64,000 bases of DNA from Octopus bimaculoides (Eukaryota), in NCBI RefSeq assembly GCF_001194135.2, contig NC_068983.1:157506764-157570763 (forward strand), read 5' to 3'. Both the position numbers and the translations under genes were made by a program. The stretch's first letter is position 1. Each line of letters begins with the position of its first letter. The notes under the pieces are model-generated. The model was not told the DNA's origin. It saw only the letters and a program-made list of their open reading frames with translations, and searched no databases. Positions 39,135 through 49,719 of the stretch are shown here, piece after piece.

Positions 39135-39882
39135 CCCAAGAGCTGACTGTATCTCTCCCAGGTGGTGCTATTAAATTAGATATGTCCTTGTCGAACTTCA
39201 GCCGAAACTTATCTAAGTAATCTGTATGAAGGTGTTAAAAAAGCACTGTTCGTTTAGGCACGACAAAAAGATTAGAGGCTTCTTAGGTGCGCAGATTATA
39301 AAGTACTCTTAATCATATACAGACATTTAAATTTCCATCTCTGAATATAAAAACCATCTGCATGGAAATGAAAGGTGCCAAGTTTTTCTCCATGGTTGAA
39401 CTATTATCCCTGTACTGGCAAATCGACCCTGATGAACAGATCAAAGATGTATGTACAACATCACTCATGGTCTTCCAGGGTTGACAGATTGCAAATATAA
39501 GTTTTATCTCCATATATAATATATAAACATGTACTACATCTTTTAGAACATTGAGGAATTTTATAAGATTTTGCTGGCAGATTTTTTAGATTAACGTAAA
39601 CATTAATTTACATGAAAGAAAATTACCAGAGAACTTTCATCTAGTACTTTCCAAATCTTTCTGTTAAAACTGGATTGAAAGCATTTGGGGAAACAATTCT
39701 AGTGTAATTTTTCGCATAACATTGAAACAATTTTAAAAGGAATCATTAGCGTTGGTTTTTCAAGGTGATGTATATGTTGCAACATTGTCAAAGCTTCAGA
39801 GGAGAGAAAATACAGTTGTTGAACGTCTAAGGCAGCGATATGTAGCGTACACTCAAGTGAAATTCCTCTCTCCCTTATTGTA

Positions 39883-40575
39883 TGTACGTACATACGAACG
39901 TAGTAGATAACAGCTAGCCTTTGGCTGCTATTTGGACCCCGTTGTGTCCACTACTTGATTGGTTGGTATTGGCACAATTTTTCTCTTACTCTATCGCGCC
40001 AATATGCAGCGTATAACCAGCCGAAGCCCCTAAATAAGATCACGTGAGACAACCTGTTCACAATCCAATTTGAGCCTACTGTTACTTATAACAAACCCAG
40101 CTACTCCTCGTCTCGAGGTCTTTGGTTCCAGACCTTTTAAGGTCCAGCCACTGACCACACAAAACACAGCCAGTTCCAGCAACAACACTCGTCCAACAGC
40201 AAAACGACCGAGTTTCAACACAACACTGTTCGTGAATTACTTCACCAGGGATCAACTGCAAATATACAACCTGCGAGCCAGACGACAACACCCGTCCAAC
40301 AGCATTACGGCAATCTCTTTCTTTGTCGCTACCATCATCTTAACGACATCAACATCTCTACGTACACAGCTCAACCAGCAACACTGCACATGTTCTAACA
40401 CAGCACTGTTCGTGAATTACTTCACCATGGTTAACAGCAAATACTACCTGCAAGAACTCCTGTACAAGTAACTCAGGCAGCAGCATTACAGCTACAACTT
40501 CGTACGACACGTACCGCAACCAGCTCTGTATCATCGCCACAACTTCTTGATACAGTATTTCTATTACCGCGTACA
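39883..40575. mobile_element. Possible solo LTR
   Basis: Termini TGTACG..CGTACA. ATTG lies at 39877-39880 (2 nt before the start) and at 40576-40579. Internal CCAAT/ATTGG boxes, CACGTG, and a duplicated CACTGTTCGTGAATTACTTCACCA. No AATAAA found. Confidence 0.4.
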
Positions 40576-40698
40576 ATTGACTACGAACTGGTATTTCTCA
40601 TTCTTGTGTCTATGAACATTCGTCTAACTTCTCATTATCGACTCTTTCACTTTCTCCATTATTCTTATATGTACTTAACGCATCCATCCATGCCTATA

Positions 40699-41396
40699 GG
40701 GCTTTCCTATAAGGTGTTATNNNNNNNNNNNNNNNNNNNNNNNNNNNNNNNNNNNNNNNNNNNNNNNNNNNNNNNNNNNNNNNNNNNNNNNNNNNNNNNN
40801 NNNNNNNNNNNNNNNNNNNNNNNNNNNNNNNNNNNNNNNNNNNNNNNNNNNNNNNNNNNNNNNNNNNNNNNNNNNNNNNNNNNNNNNNNNNNNNNNNNNN
40901 NNNNNNNNNNNNNNNNNNNNNNNNNNNNNNNNNNNNNNNNNNNNNNNNNNNNNNNNNNNNNNNNNNNNNNNNNNNNNNNNNNNNNNNNNNNNNNNNNNNN
41001 NNNNNNNNNNNNNNNNNNNNNNNNNNNNNNNNNNNNNNNNNNNNNNNNNNNNNNNNNNNNNNNNNNNNNNNNTATTCCTGTCTGAAGTATCGTCCGATAC
41101 TTCAGACTTATCGTCCGATGAATTTACTTTGTTGACATTCTTCATCGACAGAATTTTTATTCCTTTCAACCTTTCAGTCAAGTCCGCCTTTCTTCCAGTA
41201 ACATACTGTCCATATAATCTTAAATATTTCTTTAACTCAGGCACAGTAAATACTTCGATAGCTGAATCATCAAGCTGCTTTATATCCATGATAAGACGTA
41301 AAACAATAACAATGGCGTGGGTTAGCCTCCGGAAGTTTAATTATCTACATGGAGCGCCGCCTAGCCAAGGGAGATAACCTACTTATAGGAAAGCCC
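40699..41396 (-). mobile_element. TIR DNA transposon with GGGCTTTCCTATAAG termini, TA/TATA target duplication, encoding a SAP-domain ORF; interior partly a gap
   Basis: TATA|GGGCTTTCCTATAAG at 40695-40713 and CTTATAGGAAAGCCC|TATA at 41382-41400 are exact reverse complements. ORF from 41289 (minus). Confidence 0.85.
41072..41289 (-). CDS. SAP-domain protein N-terminus (transposon-encoded; runs into the assembly gap)
   Basis: MDIKQLDDSAIEVFTVPELKKYLRLYGQYVTGRKADLTERLKG fits the SAP pattern TVxELKxxLRxxGxxxxGxKADLxERL. Confidence 0.7.
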
Positions 41397-41837
41397 TATA
41401 CACGCATACACTTTGTTCTCATAACGGCCTGTCTATTATTCTGTATACATGACGCACACAGACACACACATGCTAACCTATCGATAAAACTTCCCTCTCA
41501 AATATCCTACTCGGTTGTATAGTGATGTCAGGGTTACCATTTTATAGTGGTAATGTCGATTAAATGACACACTATAATTTAATGAGTATGAGAGAAAGAA
41601 GGGTCACCATCTTGTACATAACAAGAAAATAGAAATTCGCGAGACATTTGTAATAAGTCATAGCATATTTATTACTGGAGGGAATGCATTAACATATAAG
41701 GTTAATTGAAGGAAACCTTGTAACATTACATGAATATATTCTGTTTGCAATCCCATGTCTCCAAGTGAGGCGAAAGTGCGCACGAGCTAGTGTGCATGTG
41801 GTAGCTTGGCCTAATGCACGTCGAAGAATCAACAAGC

Positions 41838-41880
41838 ACTGAATGGCGCGAATTTAGAAATTCCTTCCTTTATATAAAGG
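41838..41880 (-). promoter_or_regulatory. TATA box (TATATAAA, 41876-41869) and TCAGT initiator (predicted +1 at 41840) of the LTR
   Basis: Palindromic CCTTTATATAAAGG at 41867-41880 lies 37 bp downstream of the HSE on the minus strand. TCAGTG occupies 41842-41837, and AATAAA is at 41673-41668. Confidence 0.7.
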
Positions 41881-41913
41881 ATGCACCGGAAGTCCCCGAC
41901 TTCCACGTAAACT

Positions 41914-41948
41914 GGAAGCTTCCAGAATGTTCGAGAACTTTCTAGAAG
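41914..41948. promoter_or_regulatory. Heat-shock element, seven perfect alternating nGAAn units
   Basis: gGAAgcTTCcaGAAtgTTCgaGAActTTCtaGAAg. GAA at 41915, 41925, 41935 and 41945; TTC at 41920, 41930 and 41940. Confidence 0.9.
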
Positions 41949-42079
41949 CTCGAGGGAGATTACTCTCGTTAAATCCCTTTTTTGTTTTGCTTTCTAACGT
42001 GACCGCCAGGGTTCACTACAGTTGTGTCTCTTCTCCTTTTCCTCACTGGCACCTTACATGTATTATTATAGCCTTCTGA

Positions 42080-42835
42080 ACAGAGTCATTATTAGATGGT
42101 TTCACCATGCTTCACCTCGACCATGTATAGATGCACAACCTGCTGGCTGCATGTGGTGCGTGAAACCATTTTCAAAGATTCTTATTTCAATTTTAGCACC
42201 AAATACTCAGGTGACTGGGTTGATGCCATTTCTGTGTCTAACGTTGGTGGCCTACTCAGCTTGGACGAATTTCACGTCTCCATTGCCCTCAGAGTGGGAG
42301 CTGACATCTGCATGGGTTTGAGCTGTTGTTGTGGCAAGCTCTTCGACTCCACAGGCCTCTATAGCCTTTCTTGCTGCCTGAATGCTGGTCACTTCGCGTG
42401 TCACACGGAGTTAAACCTTGTACTCAGGAGGAGCTTGGCCTGTGCAAACGTCCCCTCCATCTTGGAACCATCTGGGTTGTCCAGATGTGATGAGAAAAGA
42501 CCTGACGGCTTCACTCTGTGTCCCTGGTTGAGAGGCTGATGCCTTGTCTGGGATGTTACAGTTAGTGACTCCTTTGCTTCTCATATCTTGGATGCTGCGG
42601 CCAGGGCGAGATCTACAGCTTCTGTAGCTGAACAGAACAAAATCCTGAAGTACTGCGATCTGTTGGCCAACTACATTTTCCATCCTGTGGCATTCGAGAT
42701 GTTTGGTAGGGGTTGGACAACTGACTGTGATATTCCTGTCTTCACTGGCAGCTCGTCAAGCAGAGGAAACTTGTGAAGCTTGTGAGGGCACTTCGTTGTT
42801 CCAGTGCATCAGCCTTGCCATCACCCGCGGCAACC
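42080..42835 (+). mobile_element. CRE-clade non-LTR retrotransposon 3' fragment (zinc finger plus restriction-like endonuclease)
   Basis: [99 protein letters not shown], with the RPDG..WDVT endonuclease motif. Confidence 0.85.
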
Positions 42836-42855
42836 CAGGTTCGAAATTTCCCCAA

Positions 42856-42903
42856 GACACCTGAAGAAGGCTAGAGGGTATATCAGCTGAAACGTTGTTA
42901 ACA
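42856..42903 (+). ncRNA. Degenerate minimal hammerhead ribozyme motif in a Penelope-type repeat
   Basis: GACAC-CTGAAGA-AGGCTAGA..TCAGCT-GAAAC-GTT. The 3' strand of stem I appears eroded. Confidence 0.4.
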
Positions 42904-43414
42904 ACAAACAAGATGAGGACAAATATCTGTCGAATGTAAATAATGTACATAATTCCTCATCTCTTAAATATAGAACAGTCATTATAAAGGTTTCCCAACG
43001 CCCCAAAATTTTCAACCTAAGGGGGTGAATTGCTTTTTTTTGNNNNNNNNNNNNNNNNNNNNNNNNNNNNNNNNNNNNNNNNNNNNNNNNNNNNNNNNNN
43101 NNNNNNNNNNNNNNNNNNNNNNNNNNNNNNNNNNNNNNNNNNNNNNNNNNNNNNNNNNNNNNNNNNNNNNNNNNNNNNNNNNNNNNNNNNNNNNNNNNNN
43201 NNNNNNNNNNNNNNNNNNNNNNNNNNNNNNNNNNNNNNNNNNNNNNNNNNNNNNNNNNNNNNNNNNNNNNNNNNNNNNNNNNNNNNNNNNNNNNNNNNNN
43301 NNNNNNNNNNNNNNNNNNNNNNNNNNNNNNNNNNNNNNNNNNNNNNNNNNNNNNNNNNNNNNNNNNNNNNNNNNNNNNNNNNNNNNNNNNNNNNNNNNNN
43401 NNNNNNNNNNNNNN

Positions 43415-43445
<31 letters not shown>

Positions 43446-43670
43446 GTATGTGTGTGTATATGTTTGTGTGTCTGTGTTTGTCCCCCCAACATCGCTTGAC
43501 AACTGATGCTGGTGTGTTTATGTCCCCGTAACTTAGCGGTTCGGCAAAAGAGACCGATAGAATAAGTACTAGGCTTACAAGGAATAAGTCCTGGGGTCCA
43601 TTTGCTCGACCAAAGGCGGTGCTCCAGCATGGCCACAGTCAAATGACTGAAACAAGTAAAAGAGTAAGAG
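43415..43670 (+). mobile_element. SINE family C 3' module after a gap
   Basis: (TA)n(GT)n, then GTTTGTCCCCCAACATCGCTTGACAAC..GCTCCAGCATGGCCACAGTCAAATGACTGAAACAAG. Confidence 0.85.
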
Positions 43671-45639
43671 AGTATATATTAGTTTCCTTCATGTCTTTAT
43701 TGAGTCAAGTGCCATATCTATCAAAATACACTCCTTTTTTTTGTGGAATACAAGATATGAACTTGTACGTGTTTTAAACAATTTTAAGATACTTGTTTCC
43801 TATAATTTAGTTTCCAGTAGCTCACTGCCTGGCATACAAGAAGTTGTGATTACGTTGCCTCACCGTGTCTCTTCATTTGCAAGGTATGCTATTATATTTT
43901 AGTTATATTCAGAAGCGATGTATGTATAAATTTATTATTCCTTATGTAACACTGATTTTCTACTTGCATATTTTGGTACACGATTATGAATATATCAAAA
44001 CTGAAACATTTTACTATTTTCTACAGCACTGTTTGACCCCTTCTAATGACGGGAACTTGCTAACATGCAAACTAAAAGAAAGCTTTGGAATGAAAACAAG
44101 CAGTTTCAAGAAGCATAGACTGACAAGTACTTCATCACTGAAAATACTTCAAAGAAGATCATATGCTTAATTTGTCAAATACGCTTTGGGGTTCCTAAAG
44201 AATATAATTTACAAAGACACTATTCGACGAAGCACAAAGACTATGAAGCTTTAACGGGAAAGCTAAAAATGAAAATCTGCAGCCCGCCTTGTGTGATTGA
44301 ATTCACGATATGGTCCTTTGGACAAAAAAGGTTGTGCATCCTTGGTCTAAGGCATGCAAATATCTCTATAAATGTAAAAAAAAATTGTATATCATGTCTC
44401 AGAAATGGAGCTTCTAGAAATGCTGTCTTAGTGTCGATGGAATTAAACCTTCACAATGATTAGTGGCTTAAACATGATACAATCTGTCAGTAAATTACAT
44501 CGTTCAACCTATAGCTTTTGAGAGACACTGTTGGTGCTGGACTGCTGACAAGGAAGTTTATGACTTACTACAGTCTCACCTGACTGAAGTAACAGATTAT
44601 GCTCAGTCAGAAGTGTACTTAGCTGTTCCAGCGCTCCAACCCCGCAATCATGCTTTAATATTTTGGAGTGTCTCAGCACTTTTTAGAGGGGAACAGTAGT
44701 TTCCCTTGGCGCCATGTATCATTTAGGGAGAGGCCCCCTCCATTTTCTTACTGGTTCACTTTTGTGAATTATGTTTGTTTTTATTGAATTATTGCAAATA
44801 AATTATACACTTAGATATATCCTTTAGGAAAACAATAAAAAAGGAAATCGAACAGTTTGTAGCAGTACTCAGAACTAAAAACCCTGTCAGTTCTGTAAGG
44901 AGAAAATGTCCACAGCATTTCAATTTCCATCCTTTTCAGATGATCTTAGCCTATATTTCAGACAAACGTTGTACTGCAACATTTGTGTAGGTATTAAGAG
45001 AAATGGAAAATTCTATGCAGTTTCTCGTCAAACCATTGTTATAAACTGAAATGTGCGGGAAATATGAAACAAAGGAGAGAGAGAACACTCGCAGAGGATT
45101 GAAGAGGATCACAGAAGATGGCAGAGCATCACAGCGGTTCAGAGAGGACGGTAGAGGTTTACTTGGTTAACCGGTACTCATGCCACTCTAAACTTGTGTT
45201 AAAAGAACATCTCTTGCCAAGCATACCTTCTCACATCTTGCCGAGCATAACATTTCCTTCTCTTGCTATATAAAAAGGCGTACTTTTTTTTCTATCCCAT
45301 GTACACTATCTTTCATAATTTATTGATATTGATAATTTTTTCGACCTGCAATTTCATTTCCAATTATGGTGGAATGTTTTAAAACCTATGAGCATTGTTC
45401 ACTTTTCTGCAGATACCTTTTTGCATGACGCCTCATTCTAGCCTTGCGTTTCATTTCTGTGCATACTTTCCATGACGTCATTTCTTTGTCAGTTTTTATC
45501 CACTATTATGCATACATCATACATTGTTCTTTTGCATTTTAGTGGTTTTTGCTACCCATTTTTTGACATGAATATTACCATTTAAAGGCATTCAGCTTTT
45601 CTGCATCGTTGGCTTCAAACATGTATGCACTCTTCATAT

Positions 45640-45728
<89 letters not shown>

Positions 45729-45899
45729 CATACACATACACACACACATATATAGATATAATATTAGGAATAAAAATCCAAGTTTACAGGTAAAAACTCA
45801 ATTAAATTCAATTTATCAAAANNNNNNNNNNTTATAAGGATTTCGTAATGAGATAAAAAACCAAGGCTGTGTATAATATAGAACATTTATAAATAGAAG

Positions 45900-45947
45900 G
45901 TCTTACAGCTGTTTCCAGGATATTTATTATATTCCTTCATCGGAGAC
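45900..45947 (-). ncRNA. Minimal hammerhead ribozyme motif (Penelope-type repeat)
   Basis: Minus strand GTCT-CCGATGA-AGGAATATAATAAATATCCTG-GAAAC-AGCT-GTA-AGAC. Stem I GTCT/AGAC is perfect, the stem III loop AGCT is palindromic, and the cleavage triplet is GUA. Confidence 0.6.
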
Positions 45948-47004
45948 AGTGTGAGAGGATGGTGAAGCAATAGTTAGTTTACATAAGATAGGAAATAGAG
46001 AGTGAATGTAGGGATATTGTATTTGTAAATCCATTGTTTAGGCAAAATGGTGTACATATAAGATTCCAATACCTTGTGAGTAAAATCCAATAGTCTTTAA
46101 GATTGGTCATTGCGTTTGTAAATCCATTATTAAGATTACAATTTCCTATGAGTAAAATCCAACAGTCTTTGAAATTGGTCATTCCAAATACAGAGTCTAT
46201 ACACAGTGTTATTGAATCAAGAGTTCTGTTTATTTAAACAGAACCCTCGGAAAGATGAAGTTTAGTGGTTGAAGTCTGGTTTTGGAAAACTAACATTATT
46301 TTTTTAAAACAGAAAAGGCAAAAATGTGGTAAATACAATTGCCAGCTATGAAGTCTCACAACGCATCGCTGAAAAGATGAAACCTTTTTACAGATGGTGA
46401 TTTATTTTAAAGACTGCTTATTAGCGGTGTTGGATATTTTTTGTGCAGAAGAAAAGGTTTTATTTGAAATTAACAGCCTCTTTTTAAAGACGGTCACTCG
46501 GCGGATTGAAGAAATATCAGCAGATGTTAAAAATCAATTAATCAACACCTGCAGTGAATTACAACATTTTCCAATTGCAGTCGATGAGAGTACACGCATA
46601 TCATGCTCAAGTCACATGACCAGTCGTGATTATCAACCAATCAGTTTGCAGCAATATATCATGAACACCATGCAAACTCACCAAGCAAACTCACGCCAAA
46701 AGCAACCACGGAGGTTGAGAATCATCAGAGAACACACATCCTTACCTCTCGCCACAAACAAGCCAGAGTGCAGCCTAGTGTAGCAGAAACAACAAGTTTT
46801 CCATTGCTGAATCCTGCGAGAAATCAAAGGAATTCCTCATAAACTTGGACCAACTCCTTTTGACTTCTCAAGCCTTAATCATTACTATGTATATTTATTA
46901 CACTAGCTCGATTCAGATCTCTTATATTCTCTACCAGCAGTCATTAGAACTTTATTTTCACTTGTTCTCCATTTCAATAAAGCTTACAGTAATAATATGT
47001 TATA

Positions 47005-47250
47005 CTAGCAGAGATACCCAGCATTGCCCGTGTCACATGGAATTGAAGAATTAGACTTTTCTTTTATATTTTCTCTAATGAACTGGAATACCTATGATTC
47101 GATTTCATCTAAATTGGAGATTAAAAATTTTAATGAGGGTTCTTTCCTCTTTACACACCCAAACAAAAATTCTAATCATGACATATTTATCCCATACTAC
47201 TCATCTTTATGCCCAGATTCCAAAACCCAAATCTTATAAAACTTATTCAA
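47005..47250 (-). mobile_element. Helitron-like 3' fragment, same family as 1-321
   Basis: Plus strand A|CTAGCAGAGATACCCAGCATTGCCCGTG is the reverse complement of the hairpin-CTAG end. ORFs 35..232 and 47094..47360 are mutually similar. Confidence 0.75.
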
Positions 47251-47284
47251 AGGCTTTTGCTGTAACCTTTTCGAGGCTTTTATC

Positions 47285-47928
47285 TGTAACCTTTTCGAGT
47301 CAGATTTGGGTCAGGGCTGATTACAGAGGAAAATCCTTTGTTCAGCCCGACCTTATTTAGTTAGTAAAGATATAAATACACAACCACAAATTGGTACGCC
47401 CCTCTTTGGTCTCTCAGCCTCAGGTCAAAGAGCATCTCTGTTTCTCATTTCAAGTATGGCCCGTCATCGCGTGACAATGCAGCTCTTGCACTTTCTACAT
47501 GTCTGGACTCTCTTATTCTTTCTGTTGTGGTGAAATCCTGACACCCCTGTGGGATAGCAAGTGAACTTTCCTAAACCTTATAAAGGCGCATGCGTACTGA
47601 TAGTGTGAGGTACAATGTGGTGTGTGCAGTCGCATTTGTGAAGGCAGATGTAGAGGTCGTTGAGAAGAGATATAAGTTTGTCACGTGTTTGTTACTGATT
47701 TAGTTTTTGTAGTGTTATAACACTTTTACAGAGTAGTCTATATCCAAACTCAAGGATATAATATTTTCTCTCTCCATCAGACCTCCTAGCAGTCAACAGA
47801 AGATGAACTTCATTACCTGCAGACTGGACAGCAGAACAACAAATAACCTGTATACAATTACAATAAGTTGTTTCTACTTGTAACAATGATAATAACGCTA
47901 TAATAAAGGCCATTTCAACCAACTAACA
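47285..47928 (+). mobile_element. Possible solo LTR
   Basis: Begins TGTAACC and ends TAACA, with TTATAAA at about 47578 and AATAAA at about 47903. No target-site duplication found. Confidence 0.35.
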
Positions 47929-47954
47929 ATTAATAGTTTCTTCTCTTTATGGCT

Positions 47955-48165
47955 GCGAGCTGGCAGAACTGTTAGCACGCCGGGTAAAAATGCTTAGTGG
48001 CAGTTCGTCTGTCTTTATGTTCTGAGTTCAAATTTCCCCGAGGTCGACTTTGCCTTTCATCTCTTTGGTTTCAATAAAATATGTACCAGTTGAACACTGG
48101 TGTCGATGTAATCAACTTAGCCCCTACTCCAAACCTGTTGACCTTGTGCCAAAATTTGAAACCAA
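47955..48165 (+). mobile_element. SINE family A copy
   Basis: GCGAGCTGGCAGAACTGTTAGCACG..GAGTTCAAATTTCCCCGAGGTCGACTTTGCC.. Confidence 0.8.
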
Positions 48166-49719
48166 TATTTTTCTTCCTTTATACATACACACACAATGTA
48201 TATTTGTGTACATTGAAAAACATTTCTACGAGGATATATGTGATACTTAAAGATTTGCAACATGTAAGATAAAGAAATGTTCTAGTTAAATCTGTTATGT
48301 GACATGTATCCATTATCGTTATAAACATAATGAAAAATAAAGCAGATAATTATATAAAAATGATGCATGTGTGTATGTATGTATGTATGTATGTAGGTAG
48401 GTAGGTAGGATTTAAACACAAGGACGATGTACCTTTGCTGAACATGTATACAGTGTATATATTATGTAATGGAGCCTGGTGTTGCCATCCGGTTTCACCA
48501 GTCCTCAGTCAAATCGTCCAACCCATGCTAGCATGGAAAGCGGACGTTAAACGATGATGATGATGATGAGTAGAAGGAAATCAGAGCATACCTTGCGGAA
48601 CAAAGTGACAAGGTTCCATCTGGAATTTGAGTTGGCCCTGCTTGGGCATTCAAACTGTCAACTTTTTATAATCCCAGGCAAAACTTTCTAGAACCATCGA
48701 AATACATTTTGGTGGGAAGCCTACATAACTTTTCTTTAATGTTTGCCACCGTTAACCGATAAATGTCAATTGCTACTGATAGACCAGTTAACATTTACAT
48801 GTGCATTCTGTCCTCTCAAATCTGATCCTACCTTGTGGATTACAACATTGTCAATTTAAATAGTTTTTTTTTACTAGATACTGAGGCAGAATATGGTGAC
48901 CTTGCTTATTTCTGCGATGTACGCTGGCTTAGCTGAGGATCAGTGCTAAAAAGAGTACTTGCCTTACACAAAGAAGTGGCGATATTTCTCGAAAGCAAAC
49001 CTTGGATAGTTCACATTTTCGAGATCCTGATTGGCTTGCAACTTTGGCATTTATTGTGGATATTAGGAAGACCTGGGATAAGGTGGTGAAGCATGACCTT
49101 CGAACATTATGCCTCACTGAGGCAATGACTAGTGACCGAGACCTTTGGAAATATGCTGTGCGTGAGAAGACCCAGCAAGCCGAGTGAGACCATAACCTGT
49201 GGCCTATGTCGGGGAACTTGGATGTTAACATCCCTTAAGAGGTATATATCCTCATAATAATAATAATAATAATAATATATACGTGTGTGTGCGCATGCAT
49301 GCATATGCTCGCATGTGTGGATGCGACGGGCTTATATTCATACACATGTGTGTGCATGAATAGATGCATACATATCTGTGTATATATACATACAAATGTA
49401 TATTTGTATATGTGCATGTATGCATGTGTGGGTATGAGCACATATACGTGAGTGTGGAGGTATACATATATGTGGGATCTAGTCGGTTTGGCTGCCAGCA
49501 TCAATTCTGTTCAAATTGATTTCATATTCAGTGTAATGATACACTTTCATTGGCTAATGAATGATGTGAAAATCATTTGCACTATAAATCAATAAATAAA
49601 GAGTTTGTAGTGGATCTTGCGGGTATGAAGTGGATTTGATCCACCATAGCCAAATTTAAATTAACACTTCAACAGAACTTTTCTCATGGTGGAACAATGG
49701 TTTTTTTCTGTGACAGCAG

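Larger units (their letters stand above)
41518..42020 (-). mobile_element. Solo LTR (503 bp), Gypsy-like 4-bp TSD, containing a heat-shock promoter
   Basis: Minus strand starts TGTAGTGA (42020-42013) and ends TCACTATA (7/8 inverted terminal match). GTTG flanks both sides (41514-41517 and 42021-42024). Internal order HSE, TATA, TCAGT initiator, AATAAA fits U3-R-U5. Confidence 0.85.
44164..49065 (+). mobile_element. hAT (SPIN/Charlie, GTF2IRD2-like) transposase split into three collinear pieces: 44164-44270, 46315-46593 and 48885-49065
   Basis: CLICQ..VPKEYNLQRHYSTKH; then TIASYEVSQRIAEKMKPF..YFKDCLLAV..KTVTRRIEEISADVKNQL..FPIAVDEST; then AEYGDLAYFCDVRWLS*GSVLKRV..FRDPDWLATLAFIVDI. Same strand and the expected domain order. 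Confidence 0.8.

Noticed and set aside
40070-40471. 133-aa ORF and overlapping antisense ORFs
   Set aside because: Low-complexity T/N/Q-rich frame within an LTR-like block with an internal duplication, and no domain motif.
46594-47004. Third solo LTR interrupting the hAT transposase
   Set aside because: It has CCAAT and AATAAA, but no definable TG..CA termini or TSD.
47309-47352. SECIS element or H/ACA snoRNA
   Set aside because: No GA quartet on the 3' side, no correctly placed H or ACA boxes, and no selenoprotein context.
49235-49504. His/Tyr/Cys-rich ORFs here and at 45625, 61380 and 15507
   Set aside because: They are translations of (CA)n, (TA)n and (TAG)n microsatellites.
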